Assembly: GCA_965207065.1 (NCBI GenBank)
Contig: OZ242260.1
Span: 768,001-832,000 of the forward strand
DNA: 64,000 nt
From: a bacterium
GTDB taxonomy: Bacteria > UBA8248
Reading direction: 5' to 3'
The notes under the pieces are model-generated. The model made no database searches, was not told the origin of the DNA, and saw only the letters and a program-made list of their open reading frames with translations. Below, in pieces: positions 8,487 to 18,503 of the stretch (position 1 is its first letter; every line of letters begins with the position of its first letter). The translations under genes were made by a program, and so were the position numbers.

Positions 8487-10781
8487 CTACGACCTCTTCT
8501 TCAGGAGCGCCATGGCGACCCTGTCCGGCGTCAGGGGCAGGTCGTGGAACCGGACGCCCGTGGCGTCATGAATCGCGTTGGCGATGGCCGCCGCCGTGGG
8601 CACGGTCACCTGCTCCCCGACTCCCTTGGCCCCGTAAGGGCCGTTCGAATAGCCATCCTCCACGATGATGGACGCCACCCGGTCCGGCATGTCCTCGACC
8701 GTGGGTGCGAGATAGCCGTGCATGTCGGGGTTCTGCATCAGACCCTCGCGCTGAACGACCTCCTCCATCATGCAGAAGCCGACCCCCATGTAGACGCCGC
8801 CCTCGATCTGCTGCTCCACGCCCATGGGGCTGATGGCCCGGCCCACGTCGTGAGCGGCCCAGACGCCGGTGACCTCCACCTCGCCCGTCTCCTCGTCCAC
8901 GAGCACCTCGGCCACCTGGCTGCCGAACCCGTAGATCTCATACGGCTCGCCCAGGCCCGTCTCCTTGTCGGTTTTCGCGGGCGGCGGAATGCTGTCCGCG
9001 GCGCCGATCTGCTTGAGTTCGTCGGCGACATACGCCTTCGCTATTTCGGCAAGCGTGATCCGGGTTTCCGCATGCGAGCGCGAGCGAACCACGCCGCCGC
9101 GAAGCTCCAGATCCGCAGGGTCCGCCTCCAGCAGAATCCCGCCCAGGCGCAGCAACTCCTCGCGCGCCTTGATGGCGGCGTTGTAGACCGCCTTGCCGCC
9201 CTGCATGGTTATGCGCGAACTCGAACTCGTGCCGCCGAAGGGGTCGATGGCGGTGTCCACGCTCTCCATCAGGAACTCGGAATAGGGAATGTCCAGCGTC
9301 TCGGCGGCGATCTGGCAAAGCACCGTCTTGCTGCCCTGGCCGAAATCCACGACGCCCGCGGCCACCTGCACCTTGCCCTCCGCCGTGAGGAAGACGTGCG
9401 CCTCGGCCGGGGAATACGCGTTGCCCGTGCCGTAGAGGCAACTCGCCACCCCGCGACCGCGCAAGCGGCCGTCTTTGGTTCTTCCGTTTCCCCCGCTTCC
9501 CCAGGATGAGGCCCGCTCCACTTCCTTCAGCGTATCGAGAAAGCCCACGCTCTCGGGCAAATGCTGGTTCCAGGCCGTCCTGGCGCCGACGCGCAGCCCG
9601 TTCACGCGCCTGATCTCGATGGGGTCCATTCCCAAAACCCTGGCGAGTTCGTCCATCTGCTGCTCGCCCGCGAAGTGGACCTGGGGGCATCCCGGCCCGC
9701 GCATCTGACCCCCGTAGGGGTGGTTCGTGTGCACGCAGTGGACGTCCACCTTCACGTGGGGCGCCTGGTAGGGTCCCGCGGCATGGTAGGTCGCGCGCTT
9801 GAACGCAGGCGGGTTGTCCCCCCCGTTCGCCACGTACGCCCCCTTGTCCAGCCACACTTCCACCTGAACGGCTACGAGACGTCCGTCCTTCGTCGCTCCC
9901 GTTTTCGAGCGGATGAAAGAGGCGTGGCGCTTGGTGGAGGCTATCATGCTCTCCTCGCGCGAATAGACAAGCTTCACGGGCCTGCCCGCGGCGCGGGCGA
10001 GGACGGCGGCGCGCAGGCACACGTCGAGGCTCGCCTCGCTCTTTCCGCCGAAAGCCCCGCCGGTGGTCGTCTGGACGAAACGAACCGAACTCTCGCCCTT
10101 GAGGCCCAGTATGCGGGCGACGTTCTGCCGCACCAGGAAGGGCTGCTGGGTCGAACCCCAGATTTGAACCCCGCCGCCGGGGTTGGGGCTCGCGCAGGCC
10201 GCCTCCACTTCGAGATAGAGGTGATCGATGGAGGGCGTGGAGTACTCGTTCTCGACGATGACGTCGGCCTTCCCGAAGCCCTCCTCGACCTCCCCTTTCC
10301 GTATCTTCGCCTGGTTGAGCACGTTGCCGCCGGGGAAGATGACTTCCGCGTCTTCTTCCATCGCCGCGCGTGGACAGGAGACGACGGGCAGTGGCCGGTA
10401 TTCGACCTGTATCAGCCGCGTCGCCGCCTCGGCCGCCTCTGGCGTCTCCGCCGCGACGAGGGCGACCACCTCGCCCATGTAGCGCACCCTGTCGTGGGCG
10501 ATGACGGGCATGGCCCGATTATGGGCGGTGATGCAGGGATGGTCGGCCAGGTCGTCTCCCGTGAGAACGGTGACGACGCCGGGGACGCGCAGCGCCTCGC
10601 TCGCATCGACCGAAACAATCCCGGCGTGCGCGTGTTCGCTGCGGAGCGCCTTGCCGACCAGCATTCCCGGAAGCTGGAGGTCGTCGAGATAATCCGCTGT
10701 GCCCGCCGCCTTTTCGGGGTCGTCCAGAAAGGGAAGGGACTCGCCGACTACGGCGCCGCCCATGTCTTTGGCTTCCGCCAT
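8487..10781 (-). CDS. Xanthine dehydrogenase / aldehyde oxidase family molybdopterin-binding subunit
   Basis: GGAFGGK, MRGPGCPQ, DFGQG, QQIEGG and GAKGVGE motifs. Confidence 0.9.
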   Translation of the reverse strand: MAEAKDMGGAVVGESLPFLDDPEKAAGTADYLDDLQLPGMLVGKALRSEHAHAGIVSVDASEALRVPGVVTVLTGDDLADHPCITAHNRAMPVIAHDRVRYMGEVVALVAAETPEAAEAATRLIQVEYRPLPVVSCPRAAMEEDAEVIFPGGNVLNQAKIRKGEVEEGFGKADVIVENEYSTPSIDHLYLEVEAACASPNPGGGVQIWGSTQQPFLVRQNVARILGLKGESSVRFVQTTTGGAFGGKSEASLDVCLRAAVLARAAGRPVKLVYSREESMIASTKRHASFIRSKTGATKDGRLVAVQVEVWLDKGAYVANGGDNPPAFKRATYHAAGPYQAPHVKVDVHCVHTNHPYGGQMRGPGCPQVHFAGEQQMDELARVLGMDPIEIRRVNGLRVGARTAWNQHLPESVGFLDTLKEVERASSWGSGGNGRTKDGRLRGRGVASCLYGTGNAYSPAEAHVFLTAEGKVQVAAGVVDFGQGSKTVLCQIAAETLDIPYSEFLMESVDTAIDPFGGTSSSSRITMQGGKAVYNAAIKAREELLRLGGILLEADPADLELRGGVVRSRSHAETRITLAEIAKAYVADELKQIGAADSIPPPAKTDKETGLGEPYEIYGFGSQVAEVLVDEETGEVEVTGVWAAHDVGRAISPMGVEQQIEGGVYMGVGFCMMEEVVQREGLMQNPDMHGYLAPTVEDMPDRVASIIVEDGYSNGPYGAKGVGEQVTVPTAAAIANAIHDATGVRFHDLPLTPDRVAMALLKKRS

Positions 10782-11183
10782 GGCATGCTCCCAATGAGAA
10801 GAGAACCAAGAAATGATAAGTCGCTGAATGAGCCGTCAATCTACATGCTCGGGCGTCGTTTGTCTATGAAATCGGGGGGTCAATTCCGAGCGAGGAGGGA
10901 GGAATTGCAAGCCGGTGTGTTACTTATCCGCAAGCGATCGCTTCTTACGAAACCGGCTCGAATACGAGTTCCGGCACGATCACCTCCCAGGCGTCGCATC
11001 GTATGGAGTCGTGATACTCCGGTTTGGAAGCCTCACGGCTCCACCCGGTGACGGCCCACACTTCGGCGGAGCGGCAACGGGTTCCGGGCGGCGGCTGGAA
11101 ACCAGCGGCGAGGCTTTCATCCTTGGGGAACAGCCTCGATGAGGGAAGGGAGTGCGCGGCTATATCAAGGGACAGTGGAACTA

Positions 11184-11633
11184 TTAGCTAGCTCTCCCGT
11201 TCGGCAAATTGTCCTTTTCGCTGTCGAAAAATTCACGAATTGTGGACAGAACATCGTCGGGGCGCTGTAGATGGCACTCCCAAACGGTCAAGACCCTCCA
11301 ACCGTCGGCTTCCAGAGAAGCAGCGTTTTCCCGATCTCGAATCCGGGTTCGCTCCAGCTTTGGTTTCCAATAAGCAAGATTAGACTTCGGCAGCCCCGCT
11401 ATCGGGCAATTCGGATCCGGATGCCAATGCCAGAAACAACCATTGACGAAGATCACCGCACGGTGGCGAGGAAGAACCAAATCAGGCCTCCCGGCCATTC
11501 CGCGCCGATGAAGCCGAAAACGATATCCAAGGCGGTGAACCATTGAGCGGACTATTCGTTCGGGTTTCATATCCTGCGAACGAATCCGGGACATGCACCA
11601 AGATCGATCTTGCGGACTCAGATTGTCTGCCAT
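11184..11633 (-). CDS. vsr: Very short patch repair endonuclease
   Basis: MSRIRSQDMKPE, GRPDLV, FVNGCFWH and GWRVLTVWEC Vsr motifs. Confidence 0.92.
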   Translation of the reverse strand: MADNLSPQDRSWCMSRIRSQDMKPERIVRSMVHRLGYRFRLHRRGMAGRPDLVLPRHRAVIFVNGCFWHWHPDPNCPIAGLPKSNLAYWKPKLERTRIRDRENAASLEADGWRVLTVWECHLQRPDDVLSTIREFFDSEKDNLPNGRAS

Positions 11634-11639
11634 TTCAAA

Positions 11640-12401
11640 TCACTGCGCTGCGACCCCATTGACGGCGAGTTCGGCCTCCTCCCGCAACAATCGGTCAAGG
11701 GCTGTATCCGGCAGTGCATCTAACAGCACAACACCGCCTCTGCGGTTTAGGGCAATCATCCAGTTTCGAAAGACGTCTCGTTCAAACAACTCGCCACCGT
11801 TCGCCCAGTGCTCTCGCATCACTGCATATATAGCGCGCAGAAGCTTTTGGTTCATCGATACCGACGGGCGTTCAATCAGCGCCGAACGAACATCTTGTCT
11901 ATGCAGAAGTATGGTCAGGAATTCGCCTGGATGCTCGGGGTCAACATCGTGGGCTATCTTTCCTAGCCACCATAATCGCGAAACCCCGTTATCTCGAATC
12001 ACCGCCCTGTTTCCCGCTGCGAAGAAGTGATTTAGAACTTCGCGGACTGCCTGCTCATTGTCGTCCGGGCGCTGCTTCAGCCACCGCGCAGAAACATATT
12101 GCGGGCAGTCAAAGTGGCACAGATAAACCCACATCCGTTCAATGGACGCCTGATGCGGGGTCAGATCTCGCAATGCGTTGTAGGCAACCAGTGCGTTAAA
12201 AACATCGGTTGCCGAGGGCTGTGGATCATCGACGGAAAGTTTTTCGGCAAGCTCCGGTGCTTCGATTGTTGACTCCCTAGAACCGCCGAACGAAGCCGGA
12301 TGAATAGAGTTGACCGGATCGTAATACCAATCAAGACGATGTTGGACGGTTCGCCTAAGGCTTTCGAGCGTATTGATCGTGCAATAGCGGAGTTTCATCA
12401 T
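11640..12401 (-). CDS. Uncharacterised protein (resembles DUF6339 family)
   Basis: 253-aa ORF with ERMWVYLCH and RDNGVSRLWW motifs, recalled from DUF6339 proteins (not searched); ATGA overlap with the upstream gene. Confidence 0.6.
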   Translation of the reverse strand: MMKLRYCTINTLESLRRTVQHRLDWYYDPVNSIHPASFGGSRESTIEAPELAEKLSVDDPQPSATDVFNALVAYNALRDLTPHQASIERMWVYLCHFDCPQYVSARWLKQRPDDNEQAVREVLNHFFAAGNRAVIRDNGVSRLWWLGKIAHDVDPEHPGEFLTILLHRQDVRSALIERPSVSMNQKLLRAIYAVMREHWANGGELFERDVFRNWMIALNRRGGVVLLDALPDTALDRLLREEAELAVNGVAAQ

Positions 12402-13264
12402 GAATTATCCATCTCGGCACGCTCAATCAGCGGCATCCTCGGAAAGGGGGAGTCAAGCACCTTTTGGGCGTCAACTAGGCGGTTCGAATTATTTTCCCCC
12501 AAAGGTGAACACCCCACAGCTTCAAGGCGCTGGTCGAGAGAGGAAAACCACCGAAACTCTCGATAAACTTCGGAGTCTTGGTCGACTTCATTTAATACGG
12601 CTATCAATGCGGGCAAATAGAGACCATTCATAAGGTATTGCCCTTCAGGTTGGTTGCCGACATGTTCCCGCGCTATGCCATATTGCCGGGAATCTGCATC
12701 TGACATCACAATATAAATACGATCTTCTTCCAGTTCATATTTCCAACGACCGTCTGCAATATTCGAGCGGGATTTGTGTGAAAAAATTGAACCAAGCGGC
12801 GCTTCATCTGCCGTATCGATCCAGTAGTCTTTAGGAACGTCTTCAGCAAGTACGGCACCCGGCTCGATGTCAAATTTCCGTCCGGCAAAATCAGAGTGCC
12901 ATCCTTCCGCGTAAAAATCTAAAAGAGCCTCGATACACACCAAGAATGGGGCAAACTCCACTCGGCCCGATAGGAAGCCTGCGGGGAACGAGTGTTGGAT
13001 ATTTGGTTGGCTTGACTGTAAGAGTTGCCGACAGTGCGTCTGCGAAGACCTGATCAGCAGCGCAAACTGCGCCTTGTTCTGCTTCAAGAGTTCAAGGAGA
13101 CTTGGTTCGCTGAGTTCGAAGAAAGCATCCACTTTGACCGCAGTGCTCTTTATGGTGCGCTTAACTTCAATTTCGACTTCAAACTCCGTGCGCGGGTAGT
13201 CGTCGCCGTAGCTGGATGGCCGTAAAACTGGATGCGGCCAAGCTTTGCCGGGATCGAACTTCAT
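12398..13264 (-). CDS. Hypothetical protein
   Basis: 288-aa ORF starting with KAWPHPVL; 4-nt ATGA overlaps at both ends. Confidence 0.7.
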   Translation of the reverse strand: MKFDPGKAWPHPVLRPSSYGDDYPRTEFEVEIEVKRTIKSTAVKVDAFFELSEPSLLELLKQNKAQFALLIRSSQTHCRQLLQSSQPNIQHSFPAGFLSGRVEFAPFLVCIEALLDFYAEGWHSDFAGRKFDIEPGAVLAEDVPKDYWIDTADEAPLGSIFSHKSRSNIADGRWKYELEEDRIYIVMSDADSRQYGIAREHVGNQPEGQYLMNGLYLPALIAVLNEVDQDSEVYREFRWFSSLDQRLEAVGCSPLGENNSNRLVDAQKVLDSPFPRMPLIERAEMDNS

Positions 13265-15231
13265 ACCTCATTCCCTTCCGTTGTCAGAGCAGCAGACAGA
13301 CGCCAAGCCCTGCCGTCAATCGGTTCGTCAGCAGTGATTTCAATCACGGTTCGCTGGCCTTTCTTTACGCGAACCCGATCAAGCGAAATATCTGGAGTTA
13401 CTGCACGAACGTCATTGCGTGGTATCGGAGATGAATCGCCGGCCTCAGCGAGAATCAAACGGGCAATTCCGTCAGCTTCAGACAAGAAGCTAAGCTGGGA
13501 ACAATTTTCCCGTCCTGCAATCGGAAGGATCCGGACTGCCGAAACGGGAATGCCCTGCCGATTGCTGCTTCCTCCGCGTGTTCCAGTACCGCCTCGACCT
13601 CCTCCGTCCCCCTGTCCTCCGTCACCCTCACCACTACCGTTTTTGCCAGTTCCCGCGCCTCCCTCGTTGCCAATATCTTCGCCGTCGCCCTCTGTGTTTG
13701 AGCCGTCATTTTCCGGCAACCTAGGCGGCACGGGTCTGCGGACCGGTTTGAGTGAAATAGTTACCTTATCTCCAAAGCCTGGTTCGCTATCACCTTCGTC
13801 CTTCTCGGAGCTGGAATCATCGAAAGATTCTTCTGGTTGGTAATCTGGCAGGTACTGTGAGAGTTCTGAGAGTACAGTCCTTCTTCCTCCCTCCGGTGGG
13901 CCAGCATGTTTTCTGATCTCGCTGCGAACCCAAGCGGTTATACGTTTGAGCGCCTTACGGCCTCGCTCTTGTTCTTCTTGAGGCAGTCGTTCTGGTTCGA
14001 ATTGATCGTGTTTTGGATTCTCCATCCTACGCAGGAGCTCATTTCCTTCCGGGTCTTCAAATACACAAAGCGCTGCAAAATCACGAAATCCAGGAAACCG
14101 TAGCAACCCATTTTGTCGGGTAGTCACTAGCATTCCAGTGTTGCGTATGAACGCAACCTTGCCGGGCAACCCATCATCTGTACGAAGCCAAAGCTTGCAA
14201 TGTCCGAGATCGACGTCTTGTTTTTCCACAATTGGCTCACCTTTTGATAATTCCCAAAAGATTTGAGCATCCTGCAGCGTATTGTCAGTTACGGTCTCCG
14301 AGTTCTCCGGGTCATCCGCTTCGATCAAATGCTGGAACCAATCGTCAATGGTGTTACGTTCTATCTCCATGAGATCGGTGAGGTCATCTGGCTCCACGAG
14401 AACAGTCAACCGTCCCGTTCCAATTGCAAAGAAAAAATTTTCAATAACGCTCGCCGCTATGCGATTGCGCCAGTTTTCAGTTTCCCGAAAACCCATAATT
14501 GTCAGGCATGCGCCTTGTTGCGGAAGGCGGGCTTTGTTGAGTACGCGAAATTGGGCTGGGATTTGTTCTGTTAATTCTAAACCTAGTAACTCTCGACACT
14601 CTTTCTTGAATCCATAGAAACCCGTACCTTGCGTTTCGTTTCCACCCGCGTCGCGGTGCGACATGAGAACTGATTTTCCCTGGAATTTTTCCTGATTCTT
14701 GCCGTTCTCAGAAAAATAGGTCCAATAAAAAACCGTCCTCAGCTTCGAGACCGCAAATGGAGCATACTTTCCGATGCCATGTGAACCTCCTGCGCCTTGT
14801 CCTGCCAACTCCGGTTTGTAGCTGACTCCTTGCTTCTTGACGAGATTACTCCAGTGTTCGCCTCGCAGCCCCGTCGTATTGCGGTCAGATACTCGCAGAC
14901 AAGGAATTTTTTTCGATTTTATACTCCGTTCCGCTTCTTGCAGAGGTGCTACAGCAATCGTATCGTTGCTGTCTTTAGCAATTTGCAAACATGCGACAAT
15001 CGCACTTGCGAGTTCGCCCCGGCCAACGATTTCAGGATCTAGGTCAACCAGTTCAAAAGACACATACACCGGGCTGTCTAGCGAAAGACGGGCATCGAGA
15101 GAATTCTGTATCGCCTCTCGTGCGAGACTCGCCAAGGGGGCTCCAGTAAAATGAGCTATGCCTGGGTCATTAAAACCTGCACTCATGCCACCGTTCGTTG
15201 GCGGAAAATGCCAACCGATAGATTCATTCAT
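13261..15231 (-). CDS. GHKL (Bergerat-fold) ATPase-like protein with an acidic/Gly-rich C-terminal linker
   Basis: REAIQNSLDA (N box), VSDRNTTGL (G1-like), GGSHGIGK (G2 box); low-complexity D/E/G tract near the C-terminus. Confidence 0.7.
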   Translation of the reverse strand: MNESIGWHFPPTNGGMSAGFNDPGIAHFTGAPLASLAREAIQNSLDARLSLDSPVYVSFELVDLDPEIVGRGELASAIVACLQIAKDSNDTIAVAPLQEAERSIKSKKIPCLRVSDRNTTGLRGEHWSNLVKKQGVSYKPELAGQGAGGSHGIGKYAPFAVSKLRTVFYWTYFSENGKNQEKFQGKSVLMSHRDAGGNETQGTGFYGFKKECRELLGLELTEQIPAQFRVLNKARLPQQGACLTIMGFRETENWRNRIAASVIENFFFAIGTGRLTVLVEPDDLTDLMEIERNTIDDWFQHLIEADDPENSETVTDNTLQDAQIFWELSKGEPIVEKQDVDLGHCKLWLRTDDGLPGKVAFIRNTGMLVTTRQNGLLRFPGFRDFAALCVFEDPEGNELLRRMENPKHDQFEPERLPQEEQERGRKALKRITAWVRSEIRKHAGPPEGGRRTVLSELSQYLPDYQPEESFDDSSSEKDEGDSEPGFGDKVTISLKPVRRPVPPRLPENDGSNTEGDGEDIGNEGGAGTGKNGSGEGDGGQGDGGGRGGTGTRGGSSNRQGIPVSAVRILPIAGRENCSQLSFLSEADGIARLILAEAGDSSPIPRNDVRAVTPDISLDRVRVKKGQRTVIEITADEPIDGRAWRLSAALTTEGNEV

Positions 15232-16279
15232 TTAAGGCCACCTCACGAATTAGAATCTCTGCGCACAAACTCCCCACCAAACGTGCAAGGCCAACGCAAA
15301 CTGCATTTCCCAGCAAACGATACTGTTCACTCGAAGGCATGTCAGGAAAAAGTTCGTCTGTGCCGTCAAAGCCCTGAAACCGCGCCACCTCATTGATGCT
15401 TAAACGCCGGATCCCCCACTGATCACGAACAAACGGAACATTATGCCCTCCTATTCCCATGTTCGCTGTCAGTGTCGGGCATAGCCCCAGTTTTTTTTCT
15501 CGAACGTATGAACGCCTTAATTGGTAGATGTTCGCATCCGACTCACCTTCATCCATCGCTTTGGCAATCATCTTGAAATAGCGGTTGTCAGGGGGCAGAT
15601 AAGTTCCATTCTCACCAGGCTTCTTGCGGTTGACAAAATCTTCGAGAGGGCGCTTCGTAGCCCCTAATCCGTTAGAAGTGAGAGGAGGCGAGAATGGGTT
15701 GTAAGTAAATCTCCTTTTTGATGCCGCGACCATGAATAGCCGTTCGCGATCCTGCGGCAAATTAGTCGCTTCTTTTACGTTTATGGTCCAACACGACTCC
15801 TCTCGAAACCAGTACCCGGCCCGGCGCAATGCGCGGCGAATCTGATCAAACCAAGCCCCTTTTTCTCCGTGGAGGATGTGGGGCACATTCTCCAAAAGTA
15901 TCAACGAAGGCCGCTTCTCCGGCGGATACTCCTCGATCAGGCGCGGAATCTCGAAAAATAGCGCCCCCCTTGGGTCTTCGAATCCCAAGCGGCCTCCCGC
16001 CTGAGAAAAACTCTGGCAAGGAAATCCCGCAGCTAACAAATCAACTTCATTTAAGCCGTCCGCCTGGACAGACAGCTCACGCACATCCTTGTTGATCACG
16101 GGAACGCCGGGGAAGCGGTACTGGAAAGTAGCACATGCAAATTCATCATTGTCGCTGGCCCAGCGAATCGCAAAACCAGCTTTAACCAGCCCGGACGCAA
16201 ACCCCCCCATGCCGCTGAATAAGCAACCTGCAGTTATTGCGCCGGCTTCGGCAGGCGACGAAGCGCCGTCCACCCTCAT
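15224..16279 (-). CDS. dcm: DNA (cytosine-5)-methyltransferase
   Basis: FSGMGG (I), GFPCQ (IV), ENV (VI), QDRER (VIII) and GNAV (X) motifs; start most likely ATG 16279 rather than 16441. Confidence 0.92.
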   Translation of the reverse strand: MRVDGASSPAEAGAITAGCLFSGMGGFASGLVKAGFAIRWASDNDEFACATFQYRFPGVPVINKDVRELSVQADGLNEVDLLAAGFPCQSFSQAGGRLGFEDPRGALFFEIPRLIEEYPPEKRPSLILLENVPHILHGEKGAWFDQIRRALRRAGYWFREESCWTINVKEATNLPQDRERLFMVAASKRRFTYNPFSPPLTSNGLGATKRPLEDFVNRKKPGENGTYLPPDNRYFKMIAKAMDEGESDANIYQLRRSYVREKKLGLCPTLTANMGIGGHNVPFVRDQWGIRRLSINEVARFQGFDGTDELFPDMPSSEQYRLLGNAVCVGLARLVGSLCAEILIREVALNE

Positions 16280-16655
16280 GGCGAACGGCCCTGATGCGAC
16301 CGGAGAGTTGCCATGTCGTAATTGGTCCTCACCTAATCGGAGCCTGCGGATCGGCTCGCGCCGTGAACGAGGACATGCGTTCGAATGTATCGCGGGGAAA
16401 CGTTCGTCGAAGGGACGAGTCGAAGGGTAAAACGGTCTCACCGGCTGCGGTCGCGCCGATGGCTGGGCCTTCCGTTTCCGCCTGTAATTCGGGCGTGTTC
16501 CTCGTGATGAGACAGATTATACCCACGAAAATCGTAACCGCGCAAGAGGAGCGCCGTCGCGCCGGCTGTGTGATACTGAGGCGGTGGAACCATCGCCCGA
16601 CGGGAAGAACGGCCCTTCGCGGGCGCATCGACGAACGCCGAAATGGAACAACGGG

Positions 16656-17402
16656 ATGCTTGACGCCGCCACCATCATCGCCATCGCCGGAACCTTTCTG
16701 CTCGCAGGCGCGGTCAAAGGGGTCATCGGCCTCGGCCTTCCCACGGTGAGCCTCGCCGTTCTGGCGGTGGCGCTCAACCTGACGAACGCGATGGCCCTGC
16801 TCCTCGTGCCTTCGTTGGTGACCAACGTCTGGCAGGCGGTGGTCGGCGGCCACGGCTGGTCGCTTCTGCGCCGTATCTGGCTGTTCCTGCTGGTGGCGGC
16901 GGTCACCGTGCGGCTGGGGGCGTCCGCGCTGACGCGCGTCGATTTCTCGCTGCTGACCGCGCTCCTCGGGTTGCTGCTCGTGGCGTACGCCGCCGCGAAC
17001 CTGCTCGGGTTGCGATTCCAAGTCCAGGCCCGCCATGAAAAATGGATGGGCCCGCTGGCCGGACTCGTGAACGGCGTTCTGACGGGCATGACGGGGTCTT
17101 TCGTCGTGCCGGGAGTGATGTACTTACAGGCGCTCGGCCTCTCGCGCGACGCGCTGATTCAGGCGATGGGAATGCTCTTCACGGTATCGACGCTGGCGCT
17201 CGGGTTCGCGCTTCAGGCCAACGACCTGCTGCGGATGGAGCACGGCGTCCTCTCCACCGTGGCCCTTGCGCCGGCGGTGGCGGGCATGGTCATCGGGCAG
17301 CGAATCCGGAGCCGGCTCTCAGAGCAGCTGTTCCGGAAAATCTTCTTCCTCTCCCTCCTCGCGCTGGGCGCCTACCTCGCCTCCCGCGCGTTCGGGGGCT
17401 GA
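16656..17402 (+). CDS. Sulfite exporter TauE/SafE family membrane protein
   Basis: AGAVKGVIGLGLP N-terminal motif, GVLTGMTG internal repeat, about 8 TM segments. Confidence 0.8.
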   Translation: MLDAATIIAIAGTFLLAGAVKGVIGLGLPTVSLAVLAVALNLTNAMALLLVPSLVTNVWQAVVGGHGWSLLRRIWLFLLVAAVTVRLGASALTRVDFSLLTALLGLLLVAYAAANLLGLRFQVQARHEKWMGPLAGLVNGVLTGMTGSFVVPGVMYLQALGLSRDALIQAMGMLFTVSTLALGFALQANDLLRMEHGVLSTVALAPAVAGMVIGQRIRSRLSEQLFRKIFFLSLLALGAYLASRAFGG

Positions 17403-17580
17403 AAGAAGCAGACTGCTCACCGGCGAATCAGGGCGAAGGGCGCTCTTGAGCCCCGATGAATCCGGCTCGTCCCGTGAGGAGGCGGGGCGCATTTGCTCGC
17501 ATCTGCCCGTGGCGGCGAAGTTCCGGCTCAGGTATGGTGTCGCTTCGCAATGAAATCGATAAGGAAAAATGAATTTCCGT

Positions 17581-17737
17581 AAATATCGATAAAATCAGAT
17601 AAATTAACGGGGTAATTCGATAAATTTCTGAAAATTAAATTGTTGGGAAAAGACGCCGCCGAACCGCGACGCAGGGGAATATTGCCATGGCCCGCGGCTC
17701 CCGCGATAACTGCGAATGCGGGGAAATGCGGGGAAAT
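17581..17737 (+). repeat. Dispersed non-coding element, copy A (inverted relative to 21381-21560)
   Basis: Hand alignment to the reverse complement of 21381-21560; shared blocks TCGATAAA, AGATAAATT.ACGGGGT.ATTCGATAAATT, GGAAAAGA, CGCAGGGGAAT and twin GCGGGGA. Confidence 0.8.
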
Positions 17738-17764
17738 GCACACTCGACCGGAGGAATCCAGAAG

Positions 17765-18436
17765 ATGCAGGAACGAGGAAATCCGGCGCGCGCGCTGTTT
17801 CCCGAAATACCGCAAGTCGTTGATTTATATGAGCGAGAAACGGAAGGCCTCCCCGAGGAGGTATTGCGCAGAACGAGAGAGGAGAAGAGCTGGGGCCTGT
17901 GGTCCATCCGGGATCAGGCGAGCCACGTGGCTTCTCTACCCTACCGGTGGCTGCTGATTCGCTGGGGGAAAATACTCTTCGGAGACGACCTCCCGCGCGA
18001 TAAGGAACTCTTCGAGCGCTTCGACGGGCGAATGATGAAAGAGGCGTATTGCCCGCAGATTCAAGACCTTATCGGCGTCATGCGGGACTCGTTCGCTCTC
18101 GCCTGGGAGGTGTTGGGAGCCGAGACGACCGAATCCATCCGCGACGGGAGACATATCACAGAGCGGGTGCCGCACGGCAAGATACGGCCCGGAACCGGCG
18201 AGGACGTGCGCGAATGGCGCGAAAACGTCACCCTCAAGGCCCATGACACCGGCGTTTGGATCGACCCCGACGATGCGGAGCTGTTTCACTTCAACCTCGA
18301 ATACACGTTCCGACACATGCTCTGGGAAGCGTATGCGCATCTCAAAACCATCCAGATGCACAAGAAAGAGGAAGGCCTGGAGCCGCTCGTCCAGATACCG
18401 CAAGAGGGTTACATCCGTGTGCTGAGATGGGAATAA
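17765..18436 (+). CDS. Hypothetical protein, DinB/YfiT-like four-helix fold
   Basis: GGAGG RBS before ATG 17765; WSIRDQASHVAS and HMLWEAYAHLKTI His pattern typical of the DinB superfamily. Confidence 0.55.
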   Translation: MQERGNPARALFPEIPQVVDLYERETEGLPEEVLRRTREEKSWGLWSIRDQASHVASLPYRWLLIRWGKILFGDDLPRDKELFERFDGRMMKEAYCPQIQDLIGVMRDSFALAWEVLGAETTESIRDGRHITERVPHGKIRPGTGEDVREWRENVTLKAHDTGVWIDPDDAELFHFNLEYTFRHMLWEAYAHLKTIQMHKKEEGLEPLVQIPQEGYIRVLRWE

Positions 18437-18503
18437 AAACAATATAAACAAACAGTTTCGGGAATAGCATCTTTCGCATCCAAACCCTGGAGGACATTCT
18501 AAG

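Noticed and set aside
10800-11180. 75-aa ORF 10915..11142 at the island edge
   Set aside because: No family motif recognised; left unassigned.
17528-17815. Peptide similarity between ORFs over the two inverted-repeat copies (SPHFPAFAVI...IPLRR vs SPQLPAFAVI...IPLRR in 21321..21527)
   Set aside because: About 5 synonymous against 9-10 non-synonymous changes, frame-breaking indels and no shared start; explained by DNA homology alone.
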